Shown in pieces: positions 59,476-64,000 of a stretch of 64,000 nt of DNA. Within the stretch, counting starts at the first letter, position 1, and each line of letters opens with the position of its first letter. The DNA comes from an uncultured Candidatus Saccharibacteria bacterium (GTDB lineage Bacteria > Patescibacteriota > Doudnabacteria > UBA920). The position numbers and the translations under genes are program-made. The stretch lies in NCBI GenBank assembly GCA_964642585.1, contig CAZXPB010000001.1:3733-67732 (forward strand), in the 5' to 3' direction. The notes beneath the pieces were generated by a model, which worked only from the letters and a program-made list of their open reading frames with translations, had not been told where the DNA came from and made no database searches.

Positions 59476-61779
59476 TTAAGAAGAAGTAGTTGAGGTGCAA
59501 ATTGTCTCAAGCCGTGAATAATGATCTTCATCAGCCAACTCAATAAATTTTAGTACATTTAGCGCAATGGGTTTTGCTTCGAGCATTGATGCAGATATAC
59601 CGCGAGAGAAATCTTGACCGTGAGAATATTCGTGCAAAAACTTCACAATAAAATCTCCAGTTCCTTTCATTCTATCATCGTTACTCGTTACGAATCTACT
59701 CATTACAATACTATTAAATTCTTCAGTTGTTGCACATGACCACTTAAACCCAGCAAAATATTCTAAGATCTTTCGAGCTATATTCGCAACAAGTGGTTCG
59801 TCGAGCTGTCGTGTACCCTTAGCGAATTGATAAAGTCTACAGAATAAATACTGATACTCACTTTTATATTCTTTTAGTAAGTTAGGCAGATTTTCTATTT
59901 TGACTTCTTGGACTTCGCTTTCTTTATCGTGAGTAATCAGAAACATATTAGACTCATCTTTGTATTGTCTACTCATAAGCCAATCCCGAATAAGATTAAA
60001 GAAATCGAAGTTGTGAGTAAGTACTATTAATTGACCCACATCCTTTAAATGTCTTTTTATTAAACCCGCTGTGCGGAACAAGAATATACTGTCTTGACTG
60101 TCGACTGGATCATCTAAAACAACAAGGCAATTAGCTTTATCGCTATCATTTTCTTCCAGTTTAATTAAGAAATAAACTAAAGCTAAAACACTTTCCTCTC
60201 CCTCGCTAAGATGTTTGGCATCTTTTCCTCTTCTTTTCAGAATGTAAGATATTTCTCCGTCATCTGACTCATTTACCTCCAGATAGATAAGTGATTCCCC
60301 GAAAAATTCTTTTAATAGTGAATTAATTTTATCCACCGCATCAGATGCGTTTGTCAAAGACGCTTTTAAGACTTTAATATCTAGGAGTGTTTTGTTTCGT
60401 TCTTCTTTAGCTTTTTCTATTTCTGCCGTTAGTCTAATTACCTCACTTTTATTTTTAAAGTAGTTTTTGTTCTCTAGAATAGAAGCAATTGTATGAAGTT
60501 CAATACTTTCTGCAGCCGCTTTCACCTCTTCTGATATAGATTGCACTCTAATATTGTGCTCACTAACTATCTTTTCTATTGTTTTAAGAGATTCATTCGC
60601 TTTTTCTATATCTTCTCTGGGATATTCAATTGGTTCGTGCTTCTTCTCGTGATTGTGTAAATCAACCTGCTTATCTTTCAACTGCGTTATGATTAGGTTG
60701 ATTTGGTTTTGTATATTTTGAACGTGTTGTGATAATTCTTTCTTAGCAGCAGCACATTCTTTGCTTGGCTCGGGAAACAAAAGAGATGGTTCTAGTTCTG
60801 GAAGTTTCTCATTATTATCATTTCCAGCTAACAAATTAATAGTTTCTTGTATTTGTAATTTCGCTTTTTGTAGTTCGTCGGTAAAGAAACCACCTAACTG
60901 TACTAATAGATCATCTGGTAAAACGCCTTTGCAAAATTGGCATTCTTTTAACCCTCTTTGCTTATGTATTTTGTAACCAGCTTCTATCCAATCCTTTAAC
61001 TCACCATCTTCCTTTAATCCTTCAATGTTTTGAAAAGTAATTGAAGTGTTTAATAAACCATTGGCACTATCGAACAATTCTTCAAAATCCTCAATAGTGT
61101 TAAATTTAATATTTATCTCGGTCTTCTCATTTTTTATTACTTCTTTTTTAGAATCAACTTCGCTAGGTTCAGCAATAATAAGTGAGTTTAAGTTAGCTTC
61201 TGTGATAACCCCAGTTTCTAAACGTTTGTCTACCTTTAATTTATTATAACTTCGTCCGTAATATGTATCATCCCCTAATGGTGTATTGGTAAATTGTTTA
61301 GGAACTTCTCGGCCAGCTTGAGTTAATACATCGTCGGGATTAGGTATTTGTTTAAGTTGTTCTTCGAGTGTTTGTATTGTATTTTGATTAGTCTGGTAGT
61401 TTGATTCGTGTTGTTCAATTTGTTGTTGGGCTGTTACATTCTCTTTACCTAATATTACAATCTTTTTTGCTTGGGAATCCTCAAAGGATAAATTTTCTGT
61501 AATAAAGTCTTCGTTAAATACCTTAACGTTAAGTCCATTAGAAGTTATGTCTGTTTGCTTAATTGGAGATGCGTCTGTTTCTATGGAAAATTCAACTGAT
61601 TTCAAATCATCGATGTGAACATCCTTTCTTTCAAGAAAATTAAAGATTCTGGATATAGTAGTTTTTCCAGATCCGTTCCACCCATAAATTAGACCGTACT
61701 TCTTAAAGTCGTCCCCTATCCATTTAAACGCATCGAATGCGTCAATGTGTGTTATCTGTTTTATCTTCTTTATTAGCAT
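59476..61779 (-). CDS. RloC/PrrC-like ABC-type ATPase with coiled-coil CxxC (zinc-hook-like) insertion and C-terminal putative anticodon-nuclease domain
   Basis: Walker A GWNGSGKTT; ~350-aa coiled-coil insert containing CQFCKG; Walker B/D-loop LVVLDDPVDS; H-loop LTHN. C-terminal ARKILEYF...(≈40 aa)...H fits the R-x3-E...H anticodon-nuclease triad pattern (recalled from memory). Start taken at first ATG (MLIKKIK); GTG at 61809 is an alternative. Confidence 0.65.
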   Translation of the reverse strand: MLIKKIKQITHIDAFDAFKWIGDDFKKYGLIYGWNGSGKTTISRIFNFLERKDVHIDDLKSVEFSIETDASPIKQTDITSNGLNVKVFNEDFITENLSFEDSQAKKIVILGKENVTAQQQIEQHESNYQTNQNTIQTLEEQLKQIPNPDDVLTQAGREVPKQFTNTPLGDDTYYGRSYNKLKVDKRLETGVITEANLNSLIIAEPSEVDSKKEVIKNEKTEINIKFNTIEDFEELFDSANGLLNTSITFQNIEGLKEDGELKDWIEAGYKIHKQRGLKECQFCKGVLPDDLLVQLGGFFTDELQKAKLQIQETINLLAGNDNNEKLPELEPSLLFPEPSKECAAAKKELSQHVQNIQNQINLIITQLKDKQVDLHNHEKKHEPIEYPREDIEKANESLKTIEKIVSEHNIRVQSISEEVKAAAESIELHTIASILENKNYFKNKSEVIRLTAEIEKAKEERNKTLLDIKVLKASLTNASDAVDKINSLLKEFFGESLIYLEVNESDDGEISYILKRRGKDAKHLSEGEESVLALVYFLIKLEENDSDKANCLVVLDDPVDSQDSIFLFRTAGLIKRHLKDVGQLIVLTHNFDFFNLIRDWLMSRQYKDESNMFLITHDKESEVQEVKIENLPNLLKEYKSEYQYLFCRLYQFAKGTRQLDEPLVANIARKILEYFAGFKWSCATTEEFNSIVMSRFVTSNDDRMKGTGDFIVKFLHEYSHGQDFSRGISASMLEAKPIALNVLKFIELADEDHYSRLETICTSTTSS

Positions 61780-61818
61780 AATTGAGCTTATCTTAGCAGT
61801 TTTGTTCACTTATTAGAA

Positions 61819-61828
61819 GTGGTATAAT
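61819..61828 (+). promoter_or_regulatory. extended -10 promoter TGgTATAAT; predicted TSS ~61835
   Basis: Read directly; divergent from the RloC-like gene. Confidence 0.5.
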
Positions 61829-61835
61829 ATACGTA

Positions 61836-62024
61836 CAATTAAATGTCCTAACCCCACCTAAGACGTGGGTATGGAAACTAAAACCAATGAAGAATACTGA
61901 ACCCTGCGTTCAGCTATCTTCATTGGTCATGTCTGGAAACGGGCATGGGATCTCACGATCCGGCTGGCGTGGGGCTTTGTGTTAAAGAACCCATGTCGGC
62001 TCTAACTAATTAAGATTGTCGATC
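61836..62024 (+). promoter_or_regulatory. GC-rich highly structured 5' leader (~190 nt): candidate riboswitch or cis-regulatory RNA, class unassigned
   Basis: Long irregular helix ccaatgaagaata[ctgaac-cctgc-gttcag]ctatcttcattgg; ggatc-tcac-gatcc; catggg...cccatg closing helix. GC content far above the flanking DNA. Confidence 0.4.
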
Positions 62025-62453
62025 ATGGAAAAAGAAAACAAGATAGTATATTGGTTACGTTGGTTCGCTGTATTCCCTGGAGCTCTAATCGGTGGTTTTA
62101 TATCTAGTATGATTGCTAGTTTCCCGATACATTGGATCCTAGTCCTGAAAGCGTCATCTAATCCTGATGGAGCAACTGCTAGCAATTTTGAAACAATTGA
62201 GTTAGCTATTACATCATTTGTATTTACTGCTCTGTATATACATTTAGGAACTAAAATAGCACCTACAGGTAAAAAGTATATAACCGCCTTAGCACTTATT
62301 GTTGCTTTAATAATATTGGTAATCATACTAGCTACATCTTTCCATTTGGGAATGAGTAGTATTTCAAGAATGATTGCTGCGATATTAGGCCTGATGTATG
62401 CTACTTGGCAAGCTAAGATTGAAGAAAGAAAAATTACTAAGGATAATTCATAG
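62025..62453 (+). CDS. small 4-TM membrane protein, hypothetical (strand ambiguous with antisense ORF 62006-62467)
   Basis: ATG at 62025 (ORF track used TTG at 62016). Chosen over the antisense ORF because of the promoter/leader context and 6-nt coupling to the next + gene. Confidence 0.5.
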   Translation: MEKENKIVYWLRWFAVFPGALIGGFISSMIASFPIHWILVLKASSNPDGATASNFETIELAITSFVFTALYIHLGTKIAPTGKKYITALALIVALIILVIILATSFHLGMSSISRMIAAILGLMYATWQAKIEERKITKDNS

Positions 62454-62459
62454 CTAACA

Positions 62460-62879
62460 ATGAACATCTATCTAGATATTGACGGTGTAATTATTACTAA
62501 AGACAAAAAGATAGCTAATGGCTTAGTAGAGTTTTTAGAATACGCTACACATAATCACACATGTTTCTGGCTCACAACTCACTGTAAAAATGATGCAAAT
62601 CGTGTCGAAGAACATATTAAACCCATACTACCAGAACATGTTTTTAAGCTAGTTCAACGGGTGAAACCAAACTCATGGACGGACTACAAAACTGACGGCA
62701 TTAATTTTGACGAAGATTTTATGTGGTTAGACGACAACCTATTTCTCAAAGAAAAGGATGTTTTACTTAAGAACAACGCTTTGTCCAAGCTAGAACTGAT
62801 CGACTTAAGAGCGAATCCAAATCAGTTGTTAGATATACTAAAAAAGCTGAAATCAAAAACTCGGATAACGTCATATTAG
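62460..62879 (+). CDS. mini HAD-superfamily phosphatase (NT5C/PNKP-phosphatase-like)
   Basis: Motif I LDIDGVI, motif IV WLDDN; 139 aa. Confidence 0.6.
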   Translation: MNIYLDIDGVIITKDKKIANGLVEFLEYATHNHTCFWLTTHCKNDANRVEEHIKPILPEHVFKLVQRVKPNSWTDYKTDGINFDEDFMWLDDNLFLKEKDVLLKNNALSKLELIDLRANPNQLLDILKKLKSKTRITSY

Positions 62880-63030
62880 TGCATATTTGTTGAGCAGGTT
62901 TGGGGTCATAAAAGGTCATATTTTTAATATTGCTGGAAATAGTGATCTCTGAATTAATGTAATCGCTGTGTATTTCGCGCAAAACTCGCTCAAATTTAAG
63001 CGTTTCCGTCGGATCCTTACAAATACCTAT

Positions 63031-63059
63031 TGACTAGCAAAATTCGCTAAAGTACAATG
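63031..63059 (+). promoter_or_regulatory. promoter TTGACT-17-TACAAT with ~140-nt hairpin-rich leader ending in aacaca-ctcga-tgtgtt-UUUAUU just before the wHTH gene
   Basis: Read directly. Confidence 0.45.
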
Positions 63060-63206
63060 CTTTTAATGGAATAAGTAAATCCGAGAAGCCACCTCAGATT
63101 TCGGCATCAAATGCCCCAGGTAAAAAACTCGTGCTAACCAAGGCACCACAATTAAGTTTTTTATCGGGGTGTTATTTATTAACAACACACTCGATGTGTT
63201 TTTATT

Positions 63207-63554
63207 ATGCCTAAAATTAAGCACAAATTTATAAGAGTACACTGGGTAAGTTTAAAAACTTTTAATCTTACACCTACCGAAGTACTGCTATTAAACCTTG
63301 TACAAGGTTTATCTAATAACAAACATAAAGCTTGCTACGCCTCTAAGAAAGCATTGGGAATAGAATTAAATGTGGCTACAAGTACGATTTATAACACTAT
63401 TGATAGTTTGCAAAGGAAAGGACTTTTAAGATCTAAAAGAATTTCTATGAAAGAGGCTCATTTGCAGACCACAAGTAAATGGCAAAGTCATTTAAATCAG
63501 GTTCGATCAGATAATGAACCATTACCAGATGAATGGTCAGACATTGATAACTAA
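63207..63554 (+). CDS. winged-HTH DNA-binding protein resembling phage/plasmid replication-initiator or DnaD-like N-terminal domains
   Basis: …TPTEVLLLNLVQGLSNNKHKACYASKKALGIELNVATSTIYNTIDSLQRKGLLRSKR… typical wHTH pattern. Confidence 0.5.
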   Translation: MPKIKHKFIRVHWVSLKTFNLTPTEVLLLNLVQGLSNNKHKACYASKKALGIELNVATSTIYNTIDSLQRKGLLRSKRISMKEAHLQTTSKWQSHLNQVRSDNEPLPDEWSDIDN

Positions 63555-63570
63555 TTTTCTAATATCCAAA

Positions 63571-63621
63571 TTCTAGAATTAACAGTCTTAATTCTAGAAA
63601 ATTACTCTCCATAATCTAGAA
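63571..63621. repeat. three phased palindromic TTCTAGAA-type repeats (iteron/operator-like)
   Basis: aaaTTCTAGAAtt (63571), aaTTCTAGAAaa (63592), aaTCTAGAAta (63615); spacing 21-22 bp. Confidence 0.55.
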
Positions 63622-63726
63622 TATTAGCATCCAGATTTTAGAGACAATATATATAACAATACAAATAATTAATATTTATAAGTAATAGCTTTACGAAATC
63701 AATTCGTAAAGAACTCAAACTAATAA

Positions 63727-63888
63727 TATGCAATTAACAGATAAACAAATACAAGAATATATAGATCTACATAAAAAAAAGTTTGGAGAAACTATAAGTC
63801 GTGAAGAAGCTATTGTCCAAGCTACTAAATTATTGGATTTAGTTAAACTTGTTTATAAACCAATTAAGAAAGATTCTGATAAAAGATA
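63727..63888 (+). CDS. small hypothetical protein (53 aa)
   Basis: MQLTDKQIQEYIDLHKKKFGETISREEAIVQATKLLDLVKLVYKPIKKDSDKR; below ORF-track cutoff; weakly supported. Confidence 0.3.
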
Positions 63889-64000
63889 GTTTGTCCCCCG
63901 TGCCAAGAGGAATCGTATCGGTGATAATTTAAATAACAACTATCCCGTGCCTAAGTAACAATTTGAGTTGATAATTCCTTTATTGGAATAGTCTTTATCT

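Noticed and set aside
59476-61809. Interpreting the 777-aa ATPase as SMC/RecN/SbcC
   Set aside because: The coiled coil is too short and interrupted by a CxxC motif, and the C-terminal 200 aa are not an ABC lid but carry an R-x3-E...H pattern. RloC/PrrC-like architecture fits better, pending profile confirmation.
61836-62015. Known riboswitch classes, tmRNA, RNase P RNA or group II intron domain V for the GC-rich leader
   Set aside because: Compared from memory with TPP, FMN, SAM-I, purine, cobalamin, glycine, lysine, GEMM, T-box, guanidine-I/II and ZTP consensus elements. No diagnostic conserved nucleotides present, and length and structure are incompatible with tmRNA or RNase P RNA.
62006-62467. 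Minus-strand ORF antisense to the membrane-protein gene
   Set aside because: The plus-strand ORF is preferred because of the upstream promoter/leader and 6-nt coupling to the next plus-strand gene. Ambiguity remains and the strand should be confirmed by homology or expression.
1-64000. CRISPR arrays, rRNA genes, transposases/IS elements
   Set aside because: No regularly spaced direct repeats, no rRNA-like conserved stretches, and no transposase or integrase motifs were seen in any frame. The only repeats are the 31-nt pair and the TTCTAGAA sites reported above.

Overview
This 64 kb window is AT-rich, gene-dense and mostly syntenic housekeeping DNA, probably from a small-genome bacterium (possibly CPR/Patescibacteria-like). 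It contains the replication origin region, with rpmH-rnpA-yidD-yidC-jag diverging from dnaA-dnaN-recF and DnaA-box clusters on both sides of dnaA. Other core genes are rpoB-rpoC, gyrA, polA, uvrB, ruvA, ruvB, ruvC, rpsA, rpsT, tyrS, tsaB, tsaE, a class A PBP, a FemAB plus Mur-ligase pair, a PilB-type ATPase, htrA and an ABC-2 exporter. There are three minus-strand tRNAs with encoded CCA: Leu-UAA, Cys-GCA and an unusual Ile-UAU. The genome shows a recurring promoter grammar: consensus or extended -10 elements (TGnTATAAT-like) sit 6-8 nt upstream of start codons, which implies many leaderless mRNAs. Rho-independent terminator hairpins are clean. Several large Thr/Gly-rich surface proteins are present, one with DHFYT-motif repeats. 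The most system-like accessory region is 57.7-64.0 kb. It holds an RloC/PrrC-like ABC-ATPase with a coiled-coil CxxC insertion and a C-terminal R-x3-E...H nuclease-like motif, two Nudix hydrolases and a small zinc-ribbon protein. A conserved ~31-nt element sits immediately 3' of two stop codons there. A GC-rich structured leader (~180 nt) lies behind an extended -10 promoter, ahead of a small membrane protein and a mini-HAD phosphatase. A Rep/DnaD-like wHTH gene is followed by phased TTCTAGAA iteron-like repeats. Together these suggest a defence or mobile-element island that continues past the window end. No rRNA, CRISPR array or intact transposase was seen.
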